Positions 48,308 to 61,756 of a stretch of DNA of 64,000 nt are shown here, piece after piece; within the stretch, counting starts at the first letter, position 1, and every line of letters starts with the position of its first letter. Below the pieces are notes generated by a model. It ran no database searches and was not told where the DNA came from. It was given only the letters and a program-made list of their open reading frames with translations. The translations under genes and the position numbers were made by a program. The stretch spans positions 186,001 to 250,000 of the forward strand of contig JAMDHS010000019.1 in NCBI GenBank assembly GCA_029717555.1, written 5' to 3'. This DNA comes from Peribolospora baueri. Its lineage: Eukaryota.

Positions 48308-51300
48308 ATGGCTGGCCCACGGCAGGCGCTAACGCGACGTAGTCGCCGGCGCACGCTCAGCCTTCCCCCACCGCGTTCATCGTCCGATATACCACCACCA
48401 TCGTCCATATCCGCGTCGGCACTCGACTCGGTCGCCTCAAGAACGACCGGACGAGTACCCTCTACGGCTCTTCCCTGTTTCTCTCCCTTTCCACTGTCTC
48501 TCTTATCCTCCTCGGGCCCTTGCGCCGACGAGACTCCGCATTCATCCTTCCTGAGAGGCCGCGTTGGCGACCCCGACCGTCCGAACCGCTCGCCGTAAGC
48601 TTTGCCGACGATGTGAGAGTTCGCTTGTCACGGTCATTTCCCCGCCCTCCCCCTCCTCCCTCCCGTCACTGACTCCTTGTCTCTCTGCTCTTCCTCACGC
48701 CTTCTCACCCAACCTTCGGCTAGGCCCCTTCCCGACGAGCGCAAATCCGAAGGCGTATCCTCCCTCATCGCCAGGTTTCAACAGCAGAACATTGACGCCA
48801 AGGCAGAGGCGGAGAGGGATGCCCATCGCGATCGCGTTCTAGCTGCCGGTCGGCAGAGCCTTGACTCCGTGGGGAGACCTTTCAGCCCCCAACAGCTGAG
48901 GAGTCTGAGCAGACCTGGGTCCGGTTTTGCTGTCAGGAGCTCTTTTGAGCTGCCGAAGGCGGAAGGGGCAGAGGTACCCTCACAGGAGGCGCCGTCTACA
49001 GCCGATTCAGATGCTATTCCCGGTGCTACTTCCGCAGAGGAGGGGGCGGGGAAGTCGCAGACATCTCCCCCTTCGGCTCCTGTGGAGGAGAGCAAGCCTG
49101 AGGAGCCTACTCCCAGCAATGGCGAGGCGAAGAAGCCGGTTAAGGTGATACAAAACTGTCCTTTCTATGATGCTATGGATATTTTTTGGGACTTTTTCTA
49201 ATGCGTACACTCGTACTCCATCATATATGCTACTCTTGTTATCTTCAGGACACGACTGCATTGGCTGCCGCGCCTGCTGCCAAAACGACACCTGTCGCAA
49301 AGGGTACCCCGTCCAAGACCACCACGGCCAAGCCGGCGTCTGCCGCTGGCAAGCCCACCACGGCACCGACAAAGGCATCCGGCACGCCAGCCAGCAGCAC
49401 CGCGACCCCTCGAACCGCGAGAACCACTGTCGCTTCTTCCACCGTGTCGCCTCGATCGACGTCGACCGCCAAACCCACTTCTGCGGCTCGATCAACGCCC
49501 ACCTCCGCGACTCGTCCGCGTCCGTCTTCGACCTCTTCGACGCCCGGCGCTGCTAGGAAGCCAGCTACGAGCTCGATTGCCTCTCCCGCTAGGTCGGCGG
49601 GTGCAGGAGGCACCCCGGCGAAGTCAACTCCCGTCCGTACCGCGAAATCTCCTCCTCCAGCTGCCAGTGCGGCACGCGCAAGTGCCATCAAGAGCGCCAC
49701 TTCGTCCACATCTCCCCCAAAGCCTTCCACTCGAACGTCGTCGACGACGACGGCGAGCGGGGGAAGGATCGCCTCGACGATGACGTCCGCCGCCAAGCCA
49801 CGCGTCAGCGCCGCAGGCACTGGTCCGTCGCGGACGACGACGAGCGGCGCGCAAAGGTCGTCTGTCGGACCCGGCGTAAGGTCGACGACCGCTCTTCGAG
49901 CCAGCACTGGTGCCGCTACCGGTACGCCTCCCTCCCGTCCGCGCCCCAGCAGCAGCCCGTCCGTCGCCAGTTCAAACGCCGCCGTCAAGCCTCGCGTCTC
50001 TACCACCAGCGACAAGCCTGTTTCAAGGACCGCGACCACGACAGCCGCTCGCGCCGGTAGTGGAGTTCCGCCGGCCAAAACTGCGGGCGCCAAGGCCACA
50101 CCGTCTTCCGCCTCCACCGCCGCCTCTAAGTCCAAGATAAATGACGTGGGTGCGGGCACGGGTGTCAAGGCCAAGGCAGTTGCCGTAGGAGCTGGTGTTG
50201 CCGCCGCGGGCCTTGTCAAGGCGGCTGCTGCAAAGGCCAAGGATGTGAAGCAGGCTATGAGTGGGGACGGTGGAAAGGAGGTGGAAGATGTCAAGGGAGA
50301 GAAGGGAGAGGAGGACAGCGGGACCCTTCCCGCTGCTGCTCCTGAAGGCTCCTCTGACGCCGCCACGGCTCCTGCACCTGAGGCTGCTCCTGAACCTGAG
50401 GCTCCTGCACCTGAAGCTGCTCCTACGCCTGAAGCTACTCCTGAAGGCTCCTCTGACACCGCCACAGCTCCTGCACCTGAGGCTGCTCCTGCACCTGAAG
50501 CTGCCGATAGCCCCCAGGGTTCTGGGGAGGCCCAGGACGAATGTGCGACAACCGCGTTGCCCACTGCTTCGGTTGGACAACGACTTCAAGAGACGTCCGA
50601 GCAGCAGGACAAAGCCCAATCCGAGCCGGCGGCCACGGCGGAGGAGGAAGAAGTGAAGGAGCAAGGTGATGCTGCTGACACTACAACTCCCGATTCTGCC
50701 GCTCCTTCGGCTGAGCCCATCGATGCGCCTAGTGAGGAGGCCCAGACTGAGGCTGGTGCTGCAGATGCGCCTGACGTCAAGGAAGAAATGGAGGAGGAGC
50801 CTCTTGTGAATGCTGATGGTGAGCAGCCCGCCGTCGAGAACGCTGCCGAGGAGCATTCGAGCTCAGAGGAGGTGCCGTCTGCCCCCGTGGACGATCACGA
50901 GGCAGGCATGACCGAGACTCGCGCGCCCGAGCACGCCGCTCCGTCCGCTGTGGAGCCTTCCGACGACGGGCGTGTGGCAGCCATCGTGGAGAAGCCTGAA
51001 GCCAGCGAAAAACCTGTTAACTCTGCTCAGGCCGCCATCGGTCCAGAGACTAAGCAACTTGTAGGAGGAGCACCGTCGCCGAAGGCCATGTCCACCACGG
51101 CGGCCGACCCGTCGTCCGGCCGTTCTGGATTCACCACTCCCGGTTCCATCGGCGCCGATCCCGATCCTGATTACCACAGGAGGCTCGCCGCGCAGATACA
51201 GCCTTCTGTCCTAGGCGTCGATGTCGGCACAGTCGATGCGGAGGATTCTGACGAATCGGCTCCAGCCACCGCCAAGGAGGGTGACACCGAAGCTGAGCCC

Positions 51301-51825
51301 GAGCCGGCGTCCGAAGCACATAAAGAAGATACGGAAACGAAACCTGCTCAACAAGATGCAGTAGCGGACGCAAAAGTACTGCACACCGTCTCGGGAGCGA
51401 CGGTCGGCCAGGCTGGTGAGGATGCGGCTCCAGAACCTGAAACCTCCGTCGCATCCGCTCCGGCCACTGAGGAGACGCGCCCGGAGCCCGCCACCGAGGA
51501 CGTCAAAGAAGCCTCGTCCGAACCCACTCCCGCCTCCGCCCTTTCTTCCGTTCCCGCTCCCTCCAAGCCAGCTCTCGAAGCAGCAGGGTCCTCCCTCCCC
51601 GCCGATGCATCGTCCAGGACCAGCGGGAGGACACTCGCTCAGATCCTCGCTGAGGCGGACGCTGCTATGGCGGAAGGAGACACAGAAGAGGGTATGAACA
51701 TTGAGGATGGAGAGGAGAATGACGTGAAAGGGTTGCGCGACGAGGACGTGGAGATGGCCGATGTGGAAGGTTCGTCTGATCGACGTGCTGTCGATGCCGA
51801 CGAGGAAGAAGAGGAGGAACTCTAA
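48308..51825 (+). CDS. Large low-complexity protein: GVSSLIARFQ motif, basic S/T/P/A-rich region, then acidic region; start uncertain
   Basis: 879-aa ORF plus upstream exons joined by introns at ~48595-48723 and ~49145-49248. Confidence 0.65.
50338..50505 (+). repeat. Coding tandem duplication (PEGSSDxATAPAPEAAP x2)
   Basis: Two near-identical ~60-nt units with PEA sub-repeats. Confidence 0.8.
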
Positions 51826-52747
51826 CCGGCGAAGGAAGGCAGTTCGTCTACCGTCCGCGTTTCTTGTCGCCTTCCTTCACCGTCTGCCCATCTCGTCCAT
51901 CTTCACACTTGCCTCACCCTACGACGGGGAAATAACGAACAAATGACGCCTACGAAAATAGCGGAAAGCTAAGACAAATCACGACCGTAGTATTTCGATT
52001 TTTACTTTTGATTGTCCGTCGCCTTTTTGTTCTTCTTGTATGCGGTCGAGGGGACCGGCCTTCACGCTACCTGGGGTTTCTCTCCCTCCTTTGACCTCCT
52101 TTGACCTCACCTCAGGTCACCTGATAGCATGTTCGCCGGAATGGTCCGTTTCCGCTCTCTCGCCCTGTACGTCGCCGTCTAGGTCCGTACCCCCTCTTTC
52201 CGCAGCCCCCACACACGTACAAACGTCCCATCCCATTCCAGTTCACGGGTTACCCTCCCCCTCCTTTCCTCCCCCTTCCTACCCTTTCGCTTTCTGGTCC
52301 GGTTCCCTCGCCCCTCTTGGATGCCCAATGGAGAAATCTGAAATTTTGTCTTGGTCATGGAACCAGTGAATGCTCCAAGCGTGTCTGCCGGACTTTAGAC
52401 CTGCACCTCCAGCCCGTGTTTGTTCTCAAAGGGCCGTCTCGAACCAGATCCCTGGCCTGGCCATGCAAGGGTGTCTTCCAGGCGATCTGCGCTAACCCCA
52501 GCACCGTGGGGGGAGAGGATGTCAGTGTCAACAAACGTTTATTCGGGCTATGTCGTGCTGCCAAGAGAGATGAGCAAAAGACGCCTGGCCTCGCCGCGGC
52601 CTTGGAGCTTCGGAAACAAAAGCCGATGAAGGTGGAGCGAAGGCGCGGTGCGGCGGGCGATCTCAGTACAGAGGAGTGGAGGTGGGTGGACGACGATCAG
52701 CGAGCACGACCACGACCACCTTGAGAAGAAATAAGGAGCGCTGCAGG

Positions 52748-52776
<29 letters not shown>
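52748..52776 (+). repeat. poly(A) run
   Basis: About 29 consecutive A. Confidence 0.9.
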
Positions 52777-52779
<3 letters not shown>

Positions 52780-53155
52780 CTGTGCTAAAAAGGGAGAAGC
52801 GGTTTGGCGACTTCCCACTCGACTTGCCGCGTCTAGACGGCGGTTTTCCAGGGTCAGAATCGTCGTCCGTCTTTGAGGAGCTTGCCCTCTCAGGCGCAGG
52901 CGATCTTCGCAAGACCCTTTCAGGACGCCGCGCGCCCGTTTCAAGAATGCTAGAACACGGATGTTGTAGAGTGAACGACACATCGTGACCATGCCCATCC
53001 TTTCCGGATCCAGCGTCTAAGACGAGCGTCACAAAAATTTCAGACACGAGAAGCAAGGCGCAAACGCGGGAAGGAAAGTGGATCCGGACAGCGCCAGGCT
53101 AGTGCGTGTCGACTGGGTGGGTGGTTGACTTGAGTCGTCTTCGCCTTTGTCCTAT

Positions 53156-54114
53156 TCACTTGCCCAGCCTCGAGTCGAGGAGGTCTTTGGTCAGCTCGCC
53201 GTCTCGGATGTCGATGACCTGCGGGATCGTACGATGCGACGACAGAGAAAGAAGAAACGAGGCAGGGCGCCGGGGCGTTAGTCGAATAAGCGCCCGTCAT
53301 CCGACCTCGGCGCGTGTGGAAGGGGATGACATGGCACGGAGATGGGCAGAGCGAGACCAAGGCAAAGAAAGAAAGAGAAGGCAGGGACGTACTTTGGCAA
53401 TGTCGGTTTGGACGGAGAAGTAGCTCAGCGCCGAGGTGTAGAGAGTGAGGAGTTCGGTGGAGGAAGTGGACGGCGCCCAGTAGACAATGCACAGGGGCTG
53501 TGAGCGATGTAATGGGGGTAGAGGTGAGTCACGATCGGTGCGCCATTCGACTCTGTGCGATGGCAGCGGACTCGCTGCCATCCCACTAAGAGACAAAGAG
53601 GTCGACAAGTTGACGCACGTAAGATGTTCGCCCGTCGTTGTGCTGTAGAGCGTAGGAGAGCACGACGTAGCGCGGGGAATTTTCGGGAAGCTCTGATCAT
53701 AGACGGCAGCATCAAGAAGAGAGGAGAAGAATGGTTTAGTGCGGGGTGAGCGCGTATGTGCTTAATGGACTCGGATCACCGCCCCAGGCCTGCATCTCAA
53801 TCTCATCACATCCCGTTGTCGACCCACGTCCAAGACGAGCAAGCAACTCACCTTCCACAAGGTCCTCCAACGAAACCGAGTCAAACTCCTCCTCCTCCTC
53901 CATGACGAGCTTCTGCTTGTTAATCTTGACCACTAGCGCCGAGCTGCCAGAGGAGCGCTTGCCCAGGCGGAACTTGCGCAGCTTGGCGAGGAGGTCGGCG
54001 GGGACGTCGACGGTGTTGTTGGCGGACTAAGGCAGGAAAGGGAGAGGGAGAGGGGGGTGAGCTGCACTGAATGACATGCTCTGCTCTTAGCCCCTGCTCA
54101 GACTCGCGCACCAT
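53156..54114 (-). CDS. AIM7: Glia maturation factor (ADF-H domain; Aim7/GMF)
   Basis: M/SANNTVDVP..LRKFR, ELPENSPRYVVLSY..HNDGRTSY/PLCIVYWAP, VIDIRDG. Confidence 0.9.
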
Positions 54115-54689
54115 GTCGGCTTGCTTGTGCGTTCAAAGCGGTGGTGGTAGTCGTCTGTCGCCTCTGTCGTCGATGATCGCGATCACGATTGCCGCCGCGC
54201 AACGTCTTGTGCTTGGCCGCCGCAGCCTTACGTTGGTTCAGCTCTTTGCCCAACCGAGCCGATGCCTGAAGAAGAGACAAAGAAGAGGGGCAACGAGGAG
54301 AGCAGATGCGGGAGCTCTTGCTCGGAGAGACTTGTTGCGTCGACACGTATCTTGCAACTTGGCCTCCGACGAAGGGAAGGGCTGCTCGTTGTGACCGTAT
54401 CTGTGGAAGGTCGACGACTATCTCCGATCAGCCGAGCTGCCGACGCGGAGCAAGGCGTGATTGATTAGCAGAGGTGAGACTTGGAAGAGGGCGAAGACGC
54501 GGAGAGGAAGATGTATAAGAATATGAGACGTCGGCCTCCACTGGACGTCGAGGTGTAGTGTCCTGTCGTCCTCGGCGCTCCTCTGTCTGCTCCAAGTCCT
54601 CCCTTCTATTCCCTTCGCGACACAGAGCAGATCTGTCCGGCCGGCGGCCAATCAAAGCGGAAGCGGCCCATCGACCTGCGAGCAAGGCT

Positions 54690-57600
54690 ATGGCTTCCGA
54701 CACTGGGCAAGAGGCGCCGCCCCAGCAAGGCCCTCCCCATGCCACAACTGATGTCGCCCAAGGCGACGTAAAGGTTTATTCTCAGACGCCTGCTGCACGC
54801 CCCGTCACGGCAGCAGGGGCAACAACAGCGTTGATAAACGACGGACCCGGCCAGGAGGACGAAACGGCCATGTCCACCCTAGCGCGGATCAAGAGCAAGG
54901 CTGGCACAGTTAGCTTGGGCGGCGTCTCTGTTGCTGTGAGCCACTCATCTCACTCGCTCGTCGTACTCTTTCTTTACCGCCCTCTCTCCCGCTCACCTGC
55001 CTGTCGTGCTTTCGTGTGAAGGCCACCGTCCAAGACAAGACCCGAGTCATAGCACTTGTCGCGACCGTTGCACTGTCGCAGGTATGCAACGTGGGAAGGT
55101 ATGTCCATGCCCACGTTTCCGCCTGTCTCGAAAAGGTCTCGCGTGGTGACATCGAGAGGTGCTTCTCTTTCTCCCCGTCGGCCCCCCCTATCCAGCATTC
55201 AAGCCATCATTGTTGCTCTCCCTTCCATCGGAAGAGACCTTGAAATCCCCGAGTACAGTTTAGAATGGGTGCTTAGCGCTTATTCTCTTACGTTCGTGAG
55301 TTGACCGTTTCTGCTTTCTCCGAATCTGACCGATCGTGTCTCGCCGGCGTCCACCTTGTCAGGACTCGGCTATGGAGCGGCCCGCTTCGCTGTTTGTCGT
55401 TGTGTGTGGGCTGGCTCGCTCATGGGTTTTGCGTTCATCTTCGCGATTGTGTTCGCACGCCATCCGCAGGGATGCTTCCTCCTCTTCTTCGGACGCCTTG
55501 CCGACATCTATGGCCATCGCGTCGTGCGTTTCACTCACCTTATTCTCGCAGCCGAACATTTCGCTTTTCCTCACGCGGCCTCTGTTCCTTTCGTCCATTT
55601 GCCAGATCTACCTCCTCGGCACCACCATCTATCTCGCCTTCTCCATCGCCTGCGGGTTCGCTCCGTCCCAGATCTCCCTAGACGTCTTCAGAGCCTTCCA
55701 GGGCATTGGGGCAGCTGCTTTCATCCCCTCAGCCATAGGCATATTGTCTCTCACTTTCCCTCCGGGTCACGCTAGGAGCCTCGCTTTTGCGACGTTTAGT
55801 GCTGGCGCTCCCGTTGGGGCTGGCGTGGGTGCCGTAGTTGGCGGGTGAGTCCGCGGCGTAGTTTCCGTCCAATCCGGTGACTTGTTCAATGAGGACGTCT
55901 TGTCTGCGTCAACGCTCATTCTGCTTTTCACTTTCCCACTTCCTCTCAACCCAGCCTCTTGACTCAGTACACTCATCCCAACTGGCGTTCAGTATTCTTC
56001 TTCCTGGCCGGCCTCGCAGGTTTTACTCTTCTGTCGGGACTGTTCGTGGTGCCGACGGACGTGATTCGCAAAGACTCGGACAGATCGATCGACTGGCTCG
56101 GTGCCATTGTCGCTACCCTCGGGCTCGTTCTGCTCGTGTTCGCTCTCAGCCAGGGGCAGGGGGCTAGTTCTGGGTGGAAAACAGGCTGTAAGTACGAGGC
56201 TGGTGACGAATCGCTCTCCTGCACAGATATCACCACCATTGCTCATCATCCGCCTACCAATTCCTGCCATCGCTCCGTCTTGCCTTTCTCTCCTCCGACG
56301 CCCCCATGCACAACAGATATCATCGCTCTCCTCATCGTCTCCGTCCTCCTCCTCATGCTGTTCATAGCCTGGGAGTACTACCTCACCCGGCGTCGCGAAT
56401 CGGGTCGCAAAGCCGTGGCGCCGCTGATGAGGACGAGTATCTTTAAAAAGGGCCGATTTGCAATCATCCTCACCGTCGGATTCTTCGGCTGGGCCGGCTT
56501 CACTTGCGTTTTCTTCTATGCTACGCTGCTGTGAGTTTTTCTTCCTTCGCGAGGTGCTAGAAGATGGGCTCAGCTCCATCTTTGTCGCCTTACGACTCGG
56601 GTTTGGACGTGAACAGGTTCCAGAATTACCAGCATCTCGACGTGGTACGTTCATTTGGATTCCCCCTCTTTCCTGGCTTGGACGCTCAAGCTACATGTTT
56701 ATTCTCTTCTCCAACAGGTTCACACTTTCATCCGTTTCCTGCCTAATGCCGTCGTGGGCGTCTTGAGTGAGCGCGGATCGTCCAGATGCGGTCGGAACGC
56801 CTTTGTTTGAATTTTGCAGCTGGACTCACATGGTCGTGGATGCTCCTGGAACACGATCGACCCTCAGTCTGCGTCGCATTCGGCATTTTTGTCAGCCGCG
56901 TCTCTGCGCAGATCCTCCTCACAGCTGGCGCCGTTGGAACGGCTGTAAGTTGACCTGGATGCCCAAAGAGTCCCTTTCTCCTGCTTTCTGCCCCTCCGCC
57001 CTTCTCACTCGCTCACTGAACGCCTTGACGTCTCTCTTCTACAGGTCGCAGCTCTCCTATTCGCGGTTATACCTCCCCACACGACCTATTGGGCTCTAGG
57101 GTTCCCCTCTCTTATCCTCGTCGTCTTTGGCGGCGACATGATCTTTGCCACCTGCACCCTTTACTGCACCCTCATAGCCAACGCCGATGAACAAGCTCTC
57201 GCCGGAGGCGTCTTCAACACCGTCTCGCAGCTTGCCAATGCGTTCGGCCTCGCCATTGAGAGCGTCGTAGCTGACTCTGTAACTCGCATGAAAGCGAGGG
57301 AAGGTGGGGTGGAAATGGGGTCGAGCAGGACGGCGCCACCCGAGGCGCTCGTGAAGGGATATCAGGCTGCCTTCTGGACCAGCTTCGCCTTCATGGTCGT
57401 CTGTGAGTGTCCTGAGCAACCGAGTCTGCCAGGCAAGTTTCAGGAACTCATGAACCCCCTCTACCTCGTCAAACGCAGGTATCTTCTTCTGCGTCTTTGG
57501 TCTCCACGGCATCGGCGTCATCGGCCAAAAGAAGAAAATGAATAGTGAAGGCAGTGCTCTCGGCTCTGATGCACAAGGGAGTTTGGAGAAACACACGCAG

Positions 57601-57765
57601 AGCATGGAGAAACAGAAGTGGGTGGAAGCAGAGGCGCCGCCGCCTGAGCTGGGAGCAAACAACGGTATGAGTGAAGAGGGAGAGGGAATCGTCGAAAGGG
57701 GGGAAAGGAGAGAGGCAGGTGGAAGTTTGAGGGAGGGGACGAGGGTGAAGTCGCCAGTGACTTAA
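54690..57765 (+). CDS. MFS drug:H+ antiporter (DHA2/Atr1-like)
   Basis: ALPSIGRDL, WVLSAYSLTF/GCFLLFFGRLADIYGH, RAFQGIGAA, AFATFSAGAPVG, IDWLGA, ALAGGVFNT. Confidence 0.9.
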
Positions 57766-58333
57766 GTCTGATTTGACAGACTGGTGACATCTTTGGCGAA
57801 AACGGCGCCTTGACCGATCCCCGTTCGTCGGCGCCATCCGTAATTCGTAGACCCTTGCGGTCTCACTATACGATAGACGAAGGGAGACTCCAATCCTTCC
57901 ATCCATTCCTTCTTCTCGTCTCATGTGCTTGTAGTCGCCGTCGCTCCACCTCGCAGACGCAGCCCTTCATACCCTGCTTTCAAACGAATTTACAGACCCT
58001 GCCACGCTTAAAAGACTCCTGTCCGTCCACGCAGGCCCAAAACTAGGGCCAGAAGCCCTTACTCGCATGACAAGGTCGTCATCAGCTGTTGGATCTTTCC
58101 TGAGGCGGCGGCAGCGAGAAGGAGCGGACGGACGTCGGAAGTTGCGAGCTGCACACGATCGAGAGACCTTGCCAATGTCACGTGACTCTCTCCCAATATA
58201 TCGACTTCCACTCTGGACGACGAAAGCGGCGCGAACCACGACGGCGCTTATCGACAAACTAGGAACGAGGCAGCTCTGACGATATAGCAGCTCTGACAGG
58301 CCTCCGAACTCTCCGTTTGGTTAGGTCCGCCTA

Positions 58334-59118
58334 ATGGCCCAGCCTGTGGAAGGACGTCGTGCTGCACCAATGGACAGGCAGGTCTTCGGGCTCTGGCTGA
58401 TCAACAAAGCCGGCGGTCTCGTCTATCACAAGAATTTCTCTGGTGCGTCGACATGCGCTATTGGTTTTTTTTTTAATTTTTTTGTTTTATTTTTTGCGTG
58501 ATCATTGTGGGAATGTTGTGGGCCCTTAACGAAATCGTGCGATTGGGTGGACGATTCACTCGCACTCTCCACCGCGTCTCCCTTCCCGCCCCTCCCCCTT
58601 TTCGCGCGCAGAGAACCACACCAACCTTACTTCAAACGAATACCTCGTCCTCGCCGGCACTCTCCATGGCATCCACGCCATCACCAGCCGGTTGAACCCT
58701 GTACCCGGAAAGAAGGGCACGGGGCTGGAGACCATCGAGGCGGACAGCTTTAAGATGACCGTGCTATTGACTGCCACCGGTGAGTCTCCGTGGCCGGTTG
58801 ATCGGAAGACGTGGCCCCTATCTACTTACCTGTGGACGCTTGCCTTGAAAGCTCGGTGCCTGGTCCCCATGCTAACCACCTCACTCTTTCTTCCCTCTAA
58901 CCCAACCGTGACGACCAGGGACGAAATTCGTCCTTATCACCTCTCCACTCCATCCTTCTCCTCACGCCTTCCTCCAGAAAGTATACGACGTCTACTCGGA
59001 CCAGGTGATGAAGAACCCTTTCCACACGCCCGAGATGCCCATCCGGGTTGAAGGCTTCGATAAGGCCGTCGAGGCGCTTGTCGGAAGTGGAGCGGCGGCG
59101 GGCGCAGTTGGACCTTAA
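58334..59118 (+). CDS. TRS23: TRAPP subunit Trs23/TRAPPC4 (sybindin family)
   Basis: WLINKAGGLVY, NEYLVLAGTLHGIHAI, T/GTKFVL, VYDVYSDQVMKNPFHTPEMPIR. Confidence 0.93.
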
Positions 59119-59371
59119 CCGAGATTGCGATGGCGGCGGAGGCGGAGGGGGGGCAGCACAGATGGGAATTTGTTATACCGCGACGATTGGTGAGCTGGGG
59201 ATGAATTGCCGGGACCAGTGCTACTAAAAGTACATACGAGCGGAGGCCCGAAGAGGAGGGCTACGTGAACAAGGGAAGATAAATGCGGCAATGGAAGGAT
59301 GCACCGGCTGTGTTGCGGGCATAATTGCACGCTTATCTATGTAAAGACAAGAGAAGTCGACGGCGGGTGCC

Positions 59372-61565
59372 CTACGCGCCCAAGCCGCGCTTCCTCAACG
59401 TCGCACGCACATCACCCAGGCCTTCCAATTTCCCCTGTGCAACGACAGTGGCCTGCCCATTTCCAAGACCATAGTTAAGCGGCTGGGACGAGGCGGCGAC
59501 GCTACTGGGACGGAGGACGCGAGAGGCGACCCGACGGAGCGTCGACAAGTCGACCTGGTCGATGCGCTCGCACATCTCTTCCACGCTAACCTTGCGTCCG
59601 TGCACCTGCACTTGGCGACCCAAGTCCTCCACTTCTACGAGACGTGATTCGCTAAAGGAGGCCATCAGACGGAGGACATGGAGTGAGTTAGGATGGCCAT
59701 TCAACTGCTCCCGCGACCATAGATGAAAGAAAGGGATGGCAAGCGAAGGACACTCACAGCGCCATCACGAGGCTACTCTTCAACTGATTCTTCGCCCGGT
59801 TCAGCTCCGACTGCGTGACGCCACCCTTGTAGTCACCGGTGAGCAGCTCGAGTTGATGGGCGATGACGTCGACGATGGAACCATTGAATTGGGGCGAGAC
59901 GCTAGCGGAGATACCGAACAAGCCCGAGTCGGCATAGACGTGGTGGAAGGCCGCGCAGTAGTCCACGGCATAGAACTGGTTGAGGACGTTGGTGTACAGG
60001 CGCGAATACATGCCTTTGCCCGGTCCCCCCGCCGAGAAACTGCCCCCCCCACCGAGGAGGGTGTGCAGCGTCGCGAGCGCGTAGATGTCGTCATCGTGGA
60101 TGCCGAGTCCCTCGAAAGCAACGTACACGTGCGTAAATTCGAGTTCCGAGTTCTCCATGTACAGCTCGCCGCCCGTGTACCGCGCCCTCGCCGCTGCCAA
60201 CTCTTCAAATGTTGCTGGCGGAGCGACGTTCTCCGCGTCGACGCCTGGCGGTGTTGGAGAGGAAGAGGACAGAAACGATGCGGCAGCGGTGGAAAGAGAC
60301 TTAAAGGGCGAACTGGCTTTGGGGGTCACTGACGGGGCAGAGGAGGGCAGAGGCCGAGAAGGAGATTGCCGAGAGACCGAAGCGGCTGCACCGGGAGAGG
60401 ATGAAACCGAAGTACCCTTCATGCTGCCGAAGAGTTTCTCGCTCAACTCAACGAGTTTCCCATGAGAGACGCCGGCACCAGCCACGACGATCCGCTCCGG
60501 TCGGTACCACATCTGCACAAATTCTCGGATCCGGTCCACGTCCATCTCGTCGAGGTTCTCGGCGGGGCACAGCAACGGGTTGCCGAGGGTGTTGCCCTGG
60601 AAGGCGACGTGGTGCATTACTTCCGGAAGGATCATCTCCGGTTTTGACCAGATCTCGGAGATCTCGTACGCCGCTGCGGCTCGCTGAGCCTCAAGCTCTG
60701 CTGGGAGCAGAGAGGGGTTGAGGATGGTGTCGGCAATAAGGGAGAGTACCTGGGGCAAGTCCTGGTTGAACATGGACGATTGGTACATGATCGTCTCCCT
60801 GGAAGACGAGCACATGACGTTGCCTCCGAGGGCTTCGATCTCCTTTGTCATCTGCTCGACAGTGCGGTTGGTGGTGCTCTGGAGAGAGGGCGGCGAGGAT
60901 TAGGTGAGCGAGCAGCGAACGGTGTTCAGAAAGCACTAAGATGGACTCACCTTAAATGCTAGTCGATCCAACAAATGAGAGACGCCAGCATGCCGCTCGT
61001 CTTCGTAGCGCGATCCCGCATCAACATAGACACCGACAGCGGAAAAGTGGCCGGGCGTCTCCTCAGTGGCGACGCGCACTTTGTTCGGGAGTGTGGTGAC
61101 GTTAATCAGAGACGAGCTGGGGATGCTCTGTAGAGGTGTAGAGGGAACCGCAAATAGAGTAAAAATCGAGCAGCAATGAAAGAGGCAAAATATAGATAAG
61201 TAAATGGTAGGTATCGCCAGGAAAAGGAAAATTCGGTAGAGATGGATGGTCTGTCAGGACGACTACGTCACTGGACGCGCACCGTTACTCACATCGCCAA
61301 GATCAACAGGGGTCGAATACGCTCTTCGAGGCAGATCCTGTCCAAGCCTAGACAGAGCAGCCGTTGCAGATGGCGATGTCCTCACTACCTTTGCGCTGCT
61401 GTTCGTGATGGCCTTGCCGCCAAGCGCGTTGGAGCCGGGCCTCGAACTGCTGTGTGCTGCCGTTGCGGCGGCAGCTGTCAATGCCCTTGCGGTCGTCTGA
61501 GGAGAGACAACTGTCCGTGAGAGAGTTGCAGGGTTAAGGCGGGATAGTGAGAGAGGCGTCTTCAT
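59372..61565 (-). CDS. MAS2: Mitochondrial processing peptidase alpha subunit
   Basis: TLPNKVRVATE, DAGSRYE..GVSHLLDRLAFK, glycine-rich loop LLGGGGSFSAGGPGKGMYSRLY, RAKNQLKSSL. Confidence 0.96.
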
Positions 61566-61756
61566 GATGAAGGAGTGGCGAGGCAGTGAATGGTGTGCCG
61601 GGTTCGTCTTGGAGGTGTGGATGGATGACGAGGGCAAGAAGAAGGACACGGCTTGCTGCGGCAAGGTCCGTCTGCCGGCCCTTCTTCTGACGCCCAGCGT
61701 CGAACCCAACATCAGCCTCTCCATCCCTCGACCACTCTTTAACAGCTGCCGTGCAG

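Noticed and set aside
49245..50856. 439-aa and 277-aa minus-strand ORFs
   Set aside because: Antisense shadows of the low-complexity plus-strand gene.
52000..53100. poly(A) at 52748 as a retroposon tail
   Set aside because: No upstream RT/ORF similarity, pol III boxes or target-site duplication identified.
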